Shown: positions 26,466 to 36,751 of the stretch, piece after piece
Position numbering within the stretch: the first letter of the stretch is position 1
How the letters are laid out: each line of letters starts with the position of its first letter
From: Planctomycetota bacterium
Lineage (GTDB): Bacteria > Planctomycetota > JAJSAM01 > JAJVHW01
NCBI GenBank assembly: GCA_965248445.1
Contig: CBDFJG010000002.1
Coordinates: 448,001 to 512,000 of the forward strand
Reading direction: 5' to 3'
Length of the DNA: 64,000 nt
The notes under the pieces: generated by a model
What the model was told of the DNA's origin: nothing
The model's database searches: none
Seen by the model: the letters and a program-made list of their open reading frames with translations, nothing else
Made by a program: the position numbers and the translations under genes

Positions 26466-29408
26466 TCACTCGGTTCGGAGGCGCTCCAACAGGTCCGCCG
26501 CGGCCCCGTGCTCAGGGTCCAGGTCGATCGCCTCGCGTAGCCGGTCGCGGGCCTCGTCCAGACGTCCGAGCAGACGCAGCGCGCGGGCATGGGACACGAG
26601 AAGGTCGGCGATCTCGCCGTCCTCGAGGGTCGGCGGAGGACCACCGGGACCGGCAGGCGGGAGCTGCATGCGCCCGACACCGACGGCCACGCGGCGCGCG
26701 ACCTCTTCCTCTGCGCTGCGTTTGCGCACGGCAAGGAGGTCCGCCATGCGCGTGTGCATCCCGACCGCGTCCTCACGCGTCACAGGACCGTGCGGCAGTG
26801 GCACGATGTCGCGCAACTCGAGGAGTGTCGCGAGCTCCGCGTCCTCGTTCCCCTTGTCGCGGTAGTACGCAGCGAGCTTTTGACGCGTCTCGAAGTCGTC
26901 TTCGTCGACGTCGCAGTGCGCGCGCAGCAACTGCATCGATTCGTCGAGCTTCCCTTCGCCCTCGCCCATGAGCAGCGACGCGAGACGCACCCGTGGCGCG
27001 TTGCCACCGGCTGCGACGGGGAACAGCTCGATCATGCGACGCAAGCGCGTCTTGCCTTCGTCGAAGTTCTCTACGCCGATCGCGTGGTCCGCGAGGATCA
27101 GCTGCATCTCGTACCAATCCTCGCCCTTCTCGATCGCAATCTTCGCCTGCTCGAGAGCCTGGTCGGTGCGTCCCTGTGCGCGCGCGATGAGTGCGCGGAC
27201 GACGTGGATGAACGGATGCTCCGGTTCGAGAAGCACGGCCTTCGAGAGCGCGGAGAGTGCGTCCGCCGATCCGCGGCCCCCGCGGGTGGCGTAACCGAGC
27301 GCCAGCATGCGCCAGCCCTTTGCGTCGTCCTTGCGCTTGCGCAGTTCACGGCGCAGTCGAGAGACGCTGCCGCGCGACGGGCGCGGAAGCACCTTCAAGT
27401 CCTTCACGTACTCGCCGGCGTACGCCAGGAAGCGCTTGTCGAATTCGGCAGCGTCGATCCCGAGCGCCTGCTGCACGACGTTCGGCGTGTCGAGCCCCTC
27501 GCCGTACAGCCGGACCATCTCGCGCAGCTTCGGGAAGCCGAAGTCCCGTTCAACCATCTCGCACATCAGCCCGCCCTGGTAGTAGGCGAAGAGCACGCGG
27601 CTGCCACGGAAGGCCGAGTTGATCTCGCCGAGCGGCAGGACCTCGCGGGAGGCGATGGCGTCAATGAGGGTTCGTTCCATCTCACGGTTCCACTGCGGGC
27701 TGGTCTTGCGCTCCTCGTAGACGGAGAGGCCTTCGGTCAGCCAGCGCGGCACTCGGCCCTTGCTGAGCTCGAGCGTGATGACGTGCGCCAGCTCGTGGTG
27801 CAGCGTTCCGCGCCAGCCGAACGCGCCGGGCGGGAGGGCCCGGGGACTGTCGAGGGTCACGACGCGACCGAAGCAGGCGCCGAGCGCAGGGAACCCCGGG
27901 AGACCGATCGTGCGCGTCGCGAAGTCCTGCTGCTGATCGAACACCGAGATGAAGAGCGGGTACTCGGGCTTGAACTCCCAGCGCTTCTCGAGGTCGTCCA
28001 GCGAACGCCCCAGGGCATCGCGGAGCAGCGGGTGATATGCCTCGTCCTCCTTGGGCGGGAGCTTGACCAGGAAGCGCGTGTCCTTGCGCGTCGGGAAGCG
28101 CGCCATCTTGTCGAACAGCTTGATGAAGTTCGCGCGGTAGATGTTGTTGAACGGGTCGCCGTCGTCCGCCTTGTTGAGGAGCTTCTTCGCAAGGTCGTCG
28201 CGGCCGACGTTCATCGCGTTGCGCCCCGCCATGAAGAACGCCTCGAAGTCGCGTTCGTCGAGTTCGATCGCCTTCTGTGCGAATTCGAGGGCCTCGGCGA
28301 ACCGGCGCTGCTCTTCGAGCACGACGGCCACGATCCGGTGGACGACCGATGCATGCGCGTCGCGTTCGAGGACCTGCTTCAGGACGTCCGCATAACCCGC
28401 ATCGCCGCGCATGTAGAGGTACGCCGCCTTCGTTGCCAGCGACTCGGCGTGCATCGGGTTCGCGGCGAGCGCCGTGTCGATCGACTTCCGCGCTTCCTCG
28501 TACCGTTCGTCGCCCAGGTCCATCTGGGCTAGGAACAGCAGTGCGGGAACGTAGTTGGGGTTGTACTTCAGCGCGCGGTTGGTCTCCTCGCGCGCCAGTT
28601 CCTCGTCGAACCGGAAGGCATGCTGTTGCGCGAGCCCGAAGATCGCCGGCGCGTACGAACGGTTGATGTCCTTAGCCTTCGTGTACCAGCGCTTGGCGCT
28701 CACGTCCCTGTAGCTCTGCAAGTACAGATCACCGATGTCGATGAGGACGTCTACCCGCCGCTCGTCGAGCTTGCGCGCCTCATCCAGTCGCGAAAGGACC
28801 GAGTTCAGGCTGGGCTTGTACGCATCGGAGAGCCGGAACAGTCCGAGCCGCGCGCGTGCTACGGCGAGCAGTTCATCGACGGTGTCCTGGTCCTCGCTCT
28901 GGGCCCACGCGTCGTTCGCTGCCTCGTACGCCACGATCGCGTCGTCCCTGCGACCGGTCTCCTCGAGCGCCCGCCCGAGTAGCTGGCGGGCCGGGACGTC
29001 CGCGGGCTCGGCCTCGAGCCGCGCGGAGACGATCGCCTCGGCCTCGGCGTGCCGGCCGGTCTCGAGCAACAGACGGGCTCGCTGCAGCAGGACCGGCGCA
29101 GTGCCGGGTGCCGTCTCGAGAGCGGAGAGTGCTTGTGCCGTCCGGCCGGTCTCGGCGTAGACGCGAGCCAGGAGCCGCGCCGCATCCTCGTTCGCGGCGT
29201 CGGCCTTGCGTGCTCTCTTCAGCTTGCGCTCCGCCTCGTCGTAGTTGCCCCGCTCGACCAGATCCCTGCACAGATCGACCAATTCGCGGGCCTCGGCGAC
29301 GGGGTCTTCCTCCTGGGCCGAGAGGGACCCGGCCGGGCAGAACGCGAGCAGCGCGGCGAGGACGACAGCGGCGGAGGAACGGCGGGTGGTGGTTCGAGTG
29401 GAATGCAT
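26466..29408 (-). CDS. Exported TPR protein with central gluzincin/peptidase MA-like domain
   Basis: Signal peptide, many TPRs, GTLHHELAHV...VPRWLTEGLSVYEE (HExxH...E) and AYYQG. Confidence 0.85.
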   Translation of the reverse strand: MHSTRTTTRRSSAAVVLAALLAFCPAGSLSAQEEDPVAEARELVDLCRDLVERGNYDEAERKLKRARKADAANEDAARLLARVYAETGRTAQALSALETAPGTAPVLLQRARLLLETGRHAEAEAIVSARLEAEPADVPARQLLGRALEETGRRDDAIVAYEAANDAWAQSEDQDTVDELLAVARARLGLFRLSDAYKPSLNSVLSRLDEARKLDERRVDVLIDIGDLYLQSYRDVSAKRWYTKAKDINRSYAPAIFGLAQQHAFRFDEELAREETNRALKYNPNYVPALLFLAQMDLGDERYEEARKSIDTALAANPMHAESLATKAAYLYMRGDAGYADVLKQVLERDAHASVVHRIVAVVLEEQRRFAEALEFAQKAIELDERDFEAFFMAGRNAMNVGRDDLAKKLLNKADDGDPFNNIYRANFIKLFDKMARFPTRKDTRFLVKLPPKEDEAYHPLLRDALGRSLDDLEKRWEFKPEYPLFISVFDQQQDFATRTIGLPGFPALGACFGRVVTLDSPRALPPGAFGWRGTLHHELAHVITLELSKGRVPRWLTEGLSVYEERKTSPQWNREMERTLIDAIASREVLPLGEINSAFRGSRVLFAYYQGGLMCEMVERDFGFPKLREMVRLYGEGLDTPNVVQQALGIDAAEFDKRFLAYAGEYVKDLKVLPRPSRGSVSRLRRELRKRKDDAKGWRMLALGYATRGGRGSADALSALSKAVLLEPEHPFIHVVRALIARAQGRTDQALEQAKIAIEKGEDWYEMQLILADHAIGVENFDEGKTRLRRMIELFPVAAGGNAPRVRLASLLMGEGEGKLDESMQLLRAHCDVDEDDFETRQKLAAYYRDKGNEDAELATLLELRDIVPLPHGPVTREDAVGMHTRMADLLAVRKRSAEEEVARRVAVGVGRMQLPPAGPGGPPPTLEDGEIADLLVSHARALRLLGRLDEARDRLREAIDLDPEHGAAADLLERLRTE

Positions 29409-29485
29409 CTCACTCGATTCTACGTTCGAGACGCTTCCGGAGTTCCGATCCGCCTCACCCCGCGACGAGAACCCCCTCCAGCTCG

Positions 29486-30679
29486 TCAGGAGAGGGAGAG
29501 GCTCCGGAGGCGCTTCGCAGCCTCCTCGCAGCGGTCCTCCGTGGGTACCAGCGCCAGCCGCACGAAGCCCTCGCCCGGGTCCTCGGAGCCCTCGCCGTAC
29601 GAGAGCCCAGAAGACAACCACGTGCCCGGTGTGGTGATCACGGCGATCGCCGGATCGAGCAGCCGCTTGGCGAAGTCCTCCGCGGACACTCCGGGCGGCG
29701 TCTGCTGCCACAGGTAGAGCGTCGCCTCGGGCCGACGGGTGGGCAATCCGGCCGCCTCGAAGGCGGCGCAGATCACGGCCTGCTTGCGGCGGTACTCCTC
29801 GCGCATCAGACCGACGTGCGTCTCGTCGGAGAGCGCGGCGATGGAGGCGTCCTGGACGAAGTCAGGGGTGCCGGAGTCGATGTTCGTCTTGAGCTTGCGG
29901 AACTGGCCGACGGCGGTCTCGTCACCGACCACGTAGGCGCAGCGCCATCCGGTCATCGCCGACCGTTTGCTCATGGAGAAGAACACGAGCACGCCCTCGA
30001 GACCGGCTTCGAGGGCCGAGTGCGGCGGCTCTTCGGTGAAGTAGATGTCGCAGTACGCCTCGTCCGAACAGAGCAGGATCCCGCGTTCGCGGCAGAACGC
30101 CGCGCACTCCTCGAGGAAGGACAGCGGCGCGATCGCACCGGTCGGGCTGTTCGGGTAGTTGATCCAGAGCATCTTGGTGCGCGCGAGCACGTCGGCCGGG
30201 ATCGCCTGCAGATCGGGCAGATAGCCGCTCTCTGCGTGCAGCGGGTAGTGCCAGTTCTCCCCTCCGGCGAAGAACGTCCCGCGGGCGTAGGGCGGGTAGC
30301 CGGGATCGGGGGAGATCACCACGTCGCCCGGATCGATGTAGGCGAGCGGCGCGTGGAACACGGCCTCCTTGCTCCCGATGGCCGCCGAGACGTGGAGCGC
30401 GGGATCCACGTCGACACCGAAGCGACGCCCCGTCCAGTCCGCGATCGCCTGCCGGAACGCCTCGCTGCCGATGTAGCTCGGGTAACCCGAACTCTTGTGC
30501 ACGTCGATCGCACGCTGCCCGGCCTCGCGCACGAGTTGCGGTGTGGGTGTGCGGGGGTCCCCCACACCGAAGTCGATCACGTCGATTCCGTCCCGCCGGA
30601 GCTGCGTCTTCAGGGCATCCACCTCGGCGAACGCGTAGCCGGACAGAGACGCGATCCGTTGGGAGACCGGGATCTTCAC
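29486..30679 (-). CDS. dapL: Class I/II PLP aminotransferase, probably LL-diaminopimelate aminotransferase
   Basis: YAFA, DFGVGDP, IGSKE, PDPGYPPY, INYPNSPTG, SDEAY and FSMSKRSAMTGWR. GTG start overlaps the upstream stop. Confidence 0.75.
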   Translation of the reverse strand: MKIPVSQRIASLSGYAFAEVDALKTQLRRDGIDVIDFGVGDPRTPTPQLVREAGQRAIDVHKSSGYPSYIGSEAFRQAIADWTGRRFGVDVDPALHVSAAIGSKEAVFHAPLAYIDPGDVVISPDPGYPPYARGTFFAGGENWHYPLHAESGYLPDLQAIPADVLARTKMLWINYPNSPTGAIAPLSFLEECAAFCRERGILLCSDEAYCDIYFTEEPPHSALEAGLEGVLVFFSMSKRSAMTGWRCAYVVGDETAVGQFRKLKTNIDSGTPDFVQDASIAALSDETHVGLMREEYRRKQAVICAAFEAAGLPTRRPEATLYLWQQTPPGVSAEDFAKRLLDPAIAVITTPGTWLSSGLSYGEGSEDPGEGFVRLALVPTEDRCEEAAKRLRSLSLS

Positions 30680-31677
30680 CGCTTCCTTCCTGCGGTCGCA
30701 GGCGCGCGTTCTTCGTAGAACGCCAAGATGCGCCGACACGTCGCTGCGACCTCGTCGCGCAACTCCGGCGGCTCGACGACTTCCGCGTCCTCGCCGAACG
30801 GCAGCAGCCACTGGATGAACCAGACCGTCGAGCGCACCGTCACGCGGGCCAGCACCGTTCCGTCGCCGACGTCCGTGACGTCCCGCGCGGGAAGTTGCTC
30901 GCGGGCGAAACGCGCGCCCAGGCCTCGGAACAGCACGCGTGCCGTGCGCTTCGCCGGGCGGGCGGTGAAGTCGCTCGCATCGCGGAACGTCTGGATGTCG
31001 AAGTCGTCGGGGATGACGTATTCGGTATCGAGAAGCTCCGCCGAGCGGATGCGGTCCACTCGGAACGTGACGATGTCGTCCCGCAGCGAGTCGTGAGCGA
31101 CCACGTACCAGTCTCCGCCGAACTCCGTCATGCCGTAGGGCCGGATCACACGGGTCGACATCGCGGCGCGGTGGGCGGACCAGTAGTCGATACGCAACTC
31201 GCAGCCGCGGGACAATGCCTGGCGCAGGGCTGCGGCCTGGCCGCTTGAGCGCGAGTCCATCCGGAACGTGCGCTCCGCCCGGTCGAGCTCGCGTGCGTGC
31301 TCGGGTCCCAGGGCGACGCGGATCTTCTCACGGAGGCCGCGCACGGCGTCGCGGTATGGATGCTGGCGGACGTCGAGACGACGCAGCGCCAGTAGCAGCG
31401 CCAGCGCCTCCGGTACGACGAGCCGCACCGGCCGCTCGAACTGGTCCGCAAAGCGGATGTAGACCCGCCCGTTCTCGATCCAGAACGACACGTAGTTGTT
31501 CGGTGAGTACGGGGGGACGCCGCACATCATCACGAGCGACGACAGTTCCTCGCGGATCTCCGTCTCGGAGAGCCCCGTGCGCTGTGCGAGCTCTTCGATC
31601 GCCATACCCTGTCGCTGTTGAATCAGCGGGATCATGGTCAGTGCGTGGCGCACGCCGGCGTAGGGATCGCGGGTCAT
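30676..31677 (-). CDS. HTH-WYL-WCX regulator, PafC-like
   Basis: ALTMIPLI...ELA...L.MCGVPPYSP.NY, RPVRL..PEALAL, WYVVA...FRVDRI and WLLPFG..AEVVEPPELR. Confidence 0.85.
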   Translation of the reverse strand: MTRDPYAGVRHALTMIPLIQQRQGMAIEELAQRTGLSETEIREELSSLVMMCGVPPYSPNNYVSFWIENGRVYIRFADQFERPVRLVVPEALALLLALRRLDVRQHPYRDAVRGLREKIRVALGPEHARELDRAERTFRMDSRSSGQAAALRQALSRGCELRIDYWSAHRAAMSTRVIRPYGMTEFGGDWYVVAHDSLRDDIVTFRVDRIRSAELLDTEYVIPDDFDIQTFRDASDFTARPAKRTARVLFRGLGARFAREQLPARDVTDVGDGTVLARVTVRSTVWFIQWLLPFGEDAEVVEPPELRDEVAATCRRILAFYEERAPATAGRKR

Positions 31678-32804
31678 CCGCGGCCTCCCCCGGCACTCTT
31701 CCCCGCGGCCTTCTTCCCAGCGGCTCGGCGGCGGCGGGCAGGGACCGGGGACGGATCCCCCTCGTGCCGGTCGAGGATGGCGCGAAAGTGCGACAGAGCA
31801 CGTTCGCGCAGCTTCGGCGGCGACGCGATGCGCGCGCGCTCCGCGTGCTGGGCGACGAACCGGAACACCGCCTCGCCGTCGCGCGCAGCGAAGGACAGCC
31901 GGGCGCCGCCGTCGGGTAGTTCCTCGAACGTCCAATCCGCGCGCACGCCCTCGCGGACCATGAACGCGATCTCGGGTGCGAGATGGACTTCGGCCCGGAA
32001 CGCCGGCTCCGCCTCGCGGAACGAGAACGCCGGTCGGCCCACGTGCTTGGCGACGTCGAAGTCCTCCGGCACCGCGAACGGACGGCCGGAACGCACGCGA
32101 ACGCGGCCCCGGATGCGGTCGACCCGGAACTGGCGCACGTCGTCGCGGAGGCGATCGTGGCCCACCAGGTACCAGTGCCCGGCGTGCCACCCGAGTCCGT
32201 ACGGCTCGACCTCGCGTTCCCCGACCTCATCACGCTCGATGCTGTAGTAGCGGAACTTCGCGCCCTGGCGGCGGACCACCGCGTCCGTGAGAGAGTGCAG
32301 GTTCGGGGTCAGCTCGGGCGGACCGCGGCGCGTGCGGACGCCCAGGCGGTGCTGCTCCGTGACCGAGGCCATCGCGGCCGTGGTCAGGGGGCTGTCGACG
32401 AGGATCTTGCGCAGCGCGCTGCTTAGCGGGGTCGCAAGCGGATCACCGGTCGCGGTCTGCGCGTACCGCTGCACGACCGCCAGCGCCGCCGCCTCCTGCA
32501 TGTCGAGCTGGATCTCAGGCAGGAAGTACTGATCGCGGGGGATCCGATATCCCTCCTCGCCGGCGTCGCCGGTGGCGTCGTAGACGATGGGCACGCCCAA
32601 GCCACGCAGCTCGGCCTTGTCGCGGTCGAAGCGCTTCTCGAGAGCCTCAGGGCTGGCATCGTCGTCGTAGCCGGCGACGCGGCCCTTGATCTTGGAGAAC
32701 GGCACCGGCACGTGACACGAGAGCAGGAACGCGACCAGATTCAGAAGCCGCTCGGGCTTCGCGATGCGATCCGCCGGAGCCGACGCTCCACCCGGGCCCC
32801 TCAT
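31674..32804 (-). CDS. HTH-WYL-WCX regulator, PafB-like
   Basis: ERLLNLVAFLL, GY...EKRFDRDKAELRGLGVPI, GYRI...Y.LPEI, REVEPYGL and WYLVGHD..R...RQFRVDRI. Start uncertain. Confidence 0.87.
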   Translation of the reverse strand: MRGPGGASAPADRIAKPERLLNLVAFLLSCHVPVPFSKIKGRVAGYDDDASPEALEKRFDRDKAELRGLGVPIVYDATGDAGEEGYRIPRDQYFLPEIQLDMQEAAALAVVQRYAQTATGDPLATPLSSALRKILVDSPLTTAAMASVTEQHRLGVRTRRGPPELTPNLHSLTDAVVRRQGAKFRYYSIERDEVGEREVEPYGLGWHAGHWYLVGHDRLRDDVRQFRVDRIRGRVRVRSGRPFAVPEDFDVAKHVGRPAFSFREAEPAFRAEVHLAPEIAFMVREGVRADWTFEELPDGGARLSFAARDGEAVFRFVAQHAERARIASPPKLRERALSHFRAILDRHEGDPSPVPARRRRAAGKKAAGKSAGGGRG

Positions 32805-32902
32805 CCGCCGTCCGCCGCGTCGATCGGTCACGCAGAACACTCTCCTCACGCTCGACCACGTCCCGAGGGCAGCCCGGCCGGTCGGCCGGGATGCCGGCGA
32901 TC

Positions 32903-34309
32903 TCAGGTCAGCCGCTTGCGCTCCCATGCGCCGCGGCGGAAGACCACGTAGTAGACCAGCGCCATGAGGGAATGCGAAACCACGAGCGCCCACCACGCCC
33001 CGGACTCGCCCATGTCTCCCCGGGACCACCACCAGGCGAGGGGAATCTGGACGAGCAGCAGCCCGACCGTATCGATGGCGAGGGGGGTCTTGACGCTCCC
33101 GGCACCGTTCAGCGCGTGGGCCCAGACGATGGCCAGCGCGTATCCCGGGTACGAGAAGACCCCCACTCGCAGATAGAGGGCGCCCCGCTCGACGATGCTG
33201 ATGTCCGCCTCGGTCTCGACCGAGAGGCTGAACACCCGGATCAGCGGCTCGGCGAACGCGTAAAACACGACGCCGAGGACGACCATGGTGACGAGATTGA
33301 GGACGGCGGCCTGCGCCGCGATGCGTCGGGCGGACACCGTCTCCCCCCGCGCGTGCCGCTGTCCCAGAAGCGCCGCACAGGCTCCACCCCACCCGAGACC
33401 CGCGAAGATCGCCAGCGTGTCGAGGCGGGTCCCGATGCCGTACGCCGCCTTCACGGCCGAGCCGAACGGTGAGACGACCATCAGCAGGAGCAGCAGCGAC
33501 GCCATCCGCACGGTCCACTGCAGCGCCACCGGGAACCCGACCGCGGCAACCTGGTACAGGAACCGGAGTCGGGGCCTCCAGCCGCCCAGCCCGATCCTGA
33601 TCGCAGGATGCGCGCGCATGAGAACGAACAGACCGACCACGACGGCCATCAGCCTCGCGGCGACCGTCGCCCAGGCAGCGCCGGGAGCCCCCAACTCAGG
33701 AAACCCCCACTTCCCGAAGATGAGCCCGTAGTTCCCGACGATGTTCCCGACGTTCGACACGAGCAGGAGGACCATAGGCCACACCCCGATGCCGATCGCA
33801 CGCATGTTCGCGGTGATCTGCATCAACAGGAAGCCCGAGAAAGCCCCGTGCGACATCACCAGGAAGTACTGCTCGGCCACCTCGCGTTCGATCTCGCTGC
33901 GGACGTCGAACAGTCCGACGATCGGACCGGAGAACAGCGCCGGCAGAACGCCCAGCAGGATCGAAAAGACACCGCAGAGCAGCAGCGATTGCCGTGCAGA
34001 TTGATTCGCGCGCTTCATGTTCCCGGCGCCGAAGTGCTGCGCGATGACGGCGACGGTGCCGTTGCTGATGCCGTTCACGAACACGATCGGCACCGTCACC
34101 AGGAACGACGCCACCGTCACGCCGGCGATCGTCTGCTCGGCGAGCACGGCGTCACTCTCGTACGCGCCGACCATCGCGAGGTCGACGAGGTTGAAGAACG
34201 CGTGTCCGCCCATGCCCAGCATGAGCGGCAGGCCGAGTCCGAGGAGCGAGCGGAGATCCGAGCGGAACGTGCGAGGCGGATGCTCGCGCGGATCGCCGCT
34301 CTGTGGCAT
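32903..34309 (-). CDS. MATE-family efflux transporter
   Basis: NLVDLAMVG, AQHFGAG, MRAIG, LIFGKWGFPELGAPGAAWAT and ALNGAG...TP motifs, about 12 TMs. Confidence 0.9.
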   Translation of the reverse strand: MPQSGDPREHPPRTFRSDLRSLLGLGLPLMLGMGGHAFFNLVDLAMVGAYESDAVLAEQTIAGVTVASFLVTVPIVFVNGISNGTVAVIAQHFGAGNMKRANQSARQSLLLCGVFSILLGVLPALFSGPIVGLFDVRSEIEREVAEQYFLVMSHGAFSGFLLMQITANMRAIGIGVWPMVLLLVSNVGNIVGNYGLIFGKWGFPELGAPGAAWATVAARLMAVVVGLFVLMRAHPAIRIGLGGWRPRLRFLYQVAAVGFPVALQWTVRMASLLLLLMVVSPFGSAVKAAYGIGTRLDTLAIFAGLGWGGACAALLGQRHARGETVSARRIAAQAAVLNLVTMVVLGVVFYAFAEPLIRVFSLSVETEADISIVERGALYLRVGVFSYPGYALAIVWAHALNGAGSVKTPLAIDTVGLLLVQIPLAWWWSRGDMGESGAWWALVVSHSLMALVYYVVFRRGAWERKRLT

Positions 34310-34463
34310 CGCACCCCCCTGAACCGGCTTGCGGGGCGCCCCGCCTGTCGCAACGACTCCCCGGACGGCGAGAGTACCCCGATCGCCGTCGGGCCATGCA
34401 GGGCGAGCCGGGACAGGAGGATTTCCGGGACCGCGGGAGCACCCGTCCGAGGGCCGGCCGCCG

Positions 34464-36281
34464 CTAGCCGCCGAGCGGCGGCAGCATGCCCGGATCGGTC
34501 CGGACACGCGGCCGTTCGTCTGGAGTCGGCTCGGCAGCCCGCCCGATCAGTTGGAGCGGCGGCACCGGACGTGGGGACCGCACCTCGACGACGGGGCCGG
34601 CACCAGTCTCCGCACTCCGGGAGAGACGGGCGCGGGACTTCACGGCTCCCGGCAACTCGAAGACGAACGTCGCACCGGCACCTGACCCACCCTCGGCCCA
34701 GACGCGCGCGCGGTGTGCCTGCGCGATCTCGTGGCAGATGGCCAGACCGAGCCCCGTGCCCTCGATCCGGGTGCGCGAGGTCCGTCCCTGGTAGTAGCGA
34801 TCGAAGATCCGCGTGAGGTCCTCGGCTGCGACACCTGGTCCCTCGTCGCGAACGCTCATGCGCACGAACCCAGCGGTCGTGGCCGCCTCGAACTGGACTC
34901 GAACCGTGCTGCCGTCCGGACTGAACTTCACGGCGTTGCCGAGCAAGTTCACGAGCACCTGCTGGATACGGTCGCGGTCCGCGAACAACGGCACGGGATC
35001 GTCGCCCAACGTGGCCTCGAACTCGACACCCCGGCGCAATGCCTCCCCGTGCACCGCATCCATGGCGTCGCGCACGACGTCCCGCGCGTCAAAATCACAG
35101 AGGAGCAGACGGAGCTCACCACTCTCGAGGCGGGACAGGTCGAGCACCTCGCCGACGAGGCGCGAGAGCCGTTCGGACTCCTTGACGATGATCGCGAGGA
35201 ACTCGCCTTGCGTCTCGTCACTGATCGGGCGCGGCTCCAGGAGGATCTCGGCGAAGCTACGGATGCTGGTGAGCGGTGTACGCAGTTCGTGAGCCAGACC
35301 GGCGAGGAATTGGTCCTTTGCCTCCAGGATCTGCTGCAGTCCGACGCACTGGTGCTCCAGTTGGCGCAGACGATCCACCGTGGCGCGATGCGTGTCCTGC
35401 AGTCGCCGCTCGCGATCGCGCACGAACTCGGTCTGTTGTTCCATCTCCCGCTCGATCGTCTCGCGGTGGCTGACATCGCGAATGACGGCGAGCAACTCGG
35501 CGTCTTCCTCGGATCCGATCACGCTGATCGTGAGTTCGCCGAGGACCCGGTGTCCGTCCGGATGGTCGAGCGCCACCGCGATCGGACGGCGGTCTCGCGC
35601 GGCGCGCTGCATGTCCGCCTTGCCGATCGGACGTCCGTCCGCGGAAACGAGCTCGAGCAGCGTCATCTCCTCCACCACCTCTCGGGAGCGGCCGGACAGG
35701 CGCACCAGGGCGTCGTTCACCTCCGCGAGCCGCAGCGTCTCCCGCTCCAGGCGCGCCATGCCTTCGAGCGCCTGCTCGAACACGGCCCGGTGCCCGCGTG
35801 CGTGGCGCTCTCGCGTCTCCATGGCGGCCAACTGGTCTCGCAGCCGCGTGAGCCCCGAGGGGCTGATCTCCGCCTGCTGCTCGATAAGCCGCGACAGCTT
35901 CACACGAACTTCGCGCAGTTCGTCCTCGAGGCGGAAGTTGTCGCCGCTCGCCTGCTGCAGGGCTCGCTGAGCCCTCTCGGACTCCGCGCGATGCGTGTGG
36001 GCGATGCGCACCAGCGTCGCTGCGTGCCACGCCACGAAGACGCTGGTGAGCGCGACCGCGGCGAGACCGGCCTGGAACAGACCGCCGCTCAACCGCGCGG
36101 CGATCGGGTTGTCGAGCATGCCGGCGACTCCGCCGGAGCCGAGCAGAGTGAACGCGAAGAGCAGACCGATCCACAGCAGCGACGAGCGCTGCGGGGCGCG
36201 CAAGAGCACGCCTGCTACGCCAGCAACGCCGCATGCGACTGCGACGTAGGGCAACACGGTCGGAAACCGATCGAGCGGCAT
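34464..36281 (-). CDS. Membrane sensor histidine kinase (TM, coiled coil, PAS-like, HisKA, HATPase)
   Basis: AHELRTPLT, NLLGNAVKF, DEGPG, IFDRY and GTGLGLAI motifs. Confidence 0.92.
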   Translation of the reverse strand: MPLDRFPTVLPYVAVACGVAGVAGVLLRAPQRSSLLWIGLLFAFTLLGSGGVAGMLDNPIAARLSGGLFQAGLAAVALTSVFVAWHAATLVRIAHTHRAESERAQRALQQASGDNFRLEDELREVRVKLSRLIEQQAEISPSGLTRLRDQLAAMETRERHARGHRAVFEQALEGMARLERETLRLAEVNDALVRLSGRSREVVEEMTLLELVSADGRPIGKADMQRAARDRRPIAVALDHPDGHRVLGELTISVIGSEEDAELLAVIRDVSHRETIEREMEQQTEFVRDRERRLQDTHRATVDRLRQLEHQCVGLQQILEAKDQFLAGLAHELRTPLTSIRSFAEILLEPRPISDETQGEFLAIIVKESERLSRLVGEVLDLSRLESGELRLLLCDFDARDVVRDAMDAVHGEALRRGVEFEATLGDDPVPLFADRDRIQQVLVNLLGNAVKFSPDGSTVRVQFEAATTAGFVRMSVRDEGPGVAAEDLTRIFDRYYQGRTSRTRIEGTGLGLAICHEIAQAHRARVWAEGGSGAGATFVFELPGAVKSRARLSRSAETGAGPVVEVRSPRPVPPLQLIGRAAEPTPDERPRVRTDPGMLPPLGG

Positions 36282-36283
36282 TG

Positions 36284-36715
36284 CTACTGAGCCTCGGCCT
36301 CGCTCTTCTCCGAGACACCGGCGTCGCCCGACTCCGGGCTCTCGGTCCCCTCCTCGAGGGCGCTCCGCACACGCTCGACGATTGCCGACGGGCTGAACGG
36401 CTTTGTGAGGTACTCGTCGGCACCCGCTCGCTTGCCGCGTTGCCGCGCCGCCTCCTGCCCCTTCGCGGTCAGCAGAATCACGTGAGTGTCTCGGAGGCCG
36501 GGATCGCCCTTGACGATCTCGCACACCTCGAAGCCGCTGCGCTTCGGCATCATCACGTCGAGGATGCAGACCTGCGGCCGGTGATTGCGGAGAAGTTCCA
36601 GTGCCTCGTCGCCGTTGCGGCCCGAGAGCACGTCGTATCCCGCGCGCTCGAGCACGAACGCAAGGGACCGAAGGATGAACGGTTCGTCGTCTACGACGAG
36701 AACGGTCTGAGTCAT
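36284..36715 (-). CDS. Single-domain response regulator
   Basis: VLVVDDE, LDVMMP, LLTAK and YLTKPF motifs. Confidence 0.92.
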   Translation of the reverse strand: MTQTVLVVDDEPFILRSLAFVLERAGYDVLSGRNGDEALELLRNHRPQVCILDVMMPKRSGFEVCEIVKGDPGLRDTHVILLTAKGQEAARQRGKRAGADEYLTKPFSPSAIVERVRSALEEGTESPESGDAGVSEKSEAEAQ

Positions 36716-36751
36716 CGAAGCCTCCAAGTGATCAAATCTCCGGAGCGTGAA

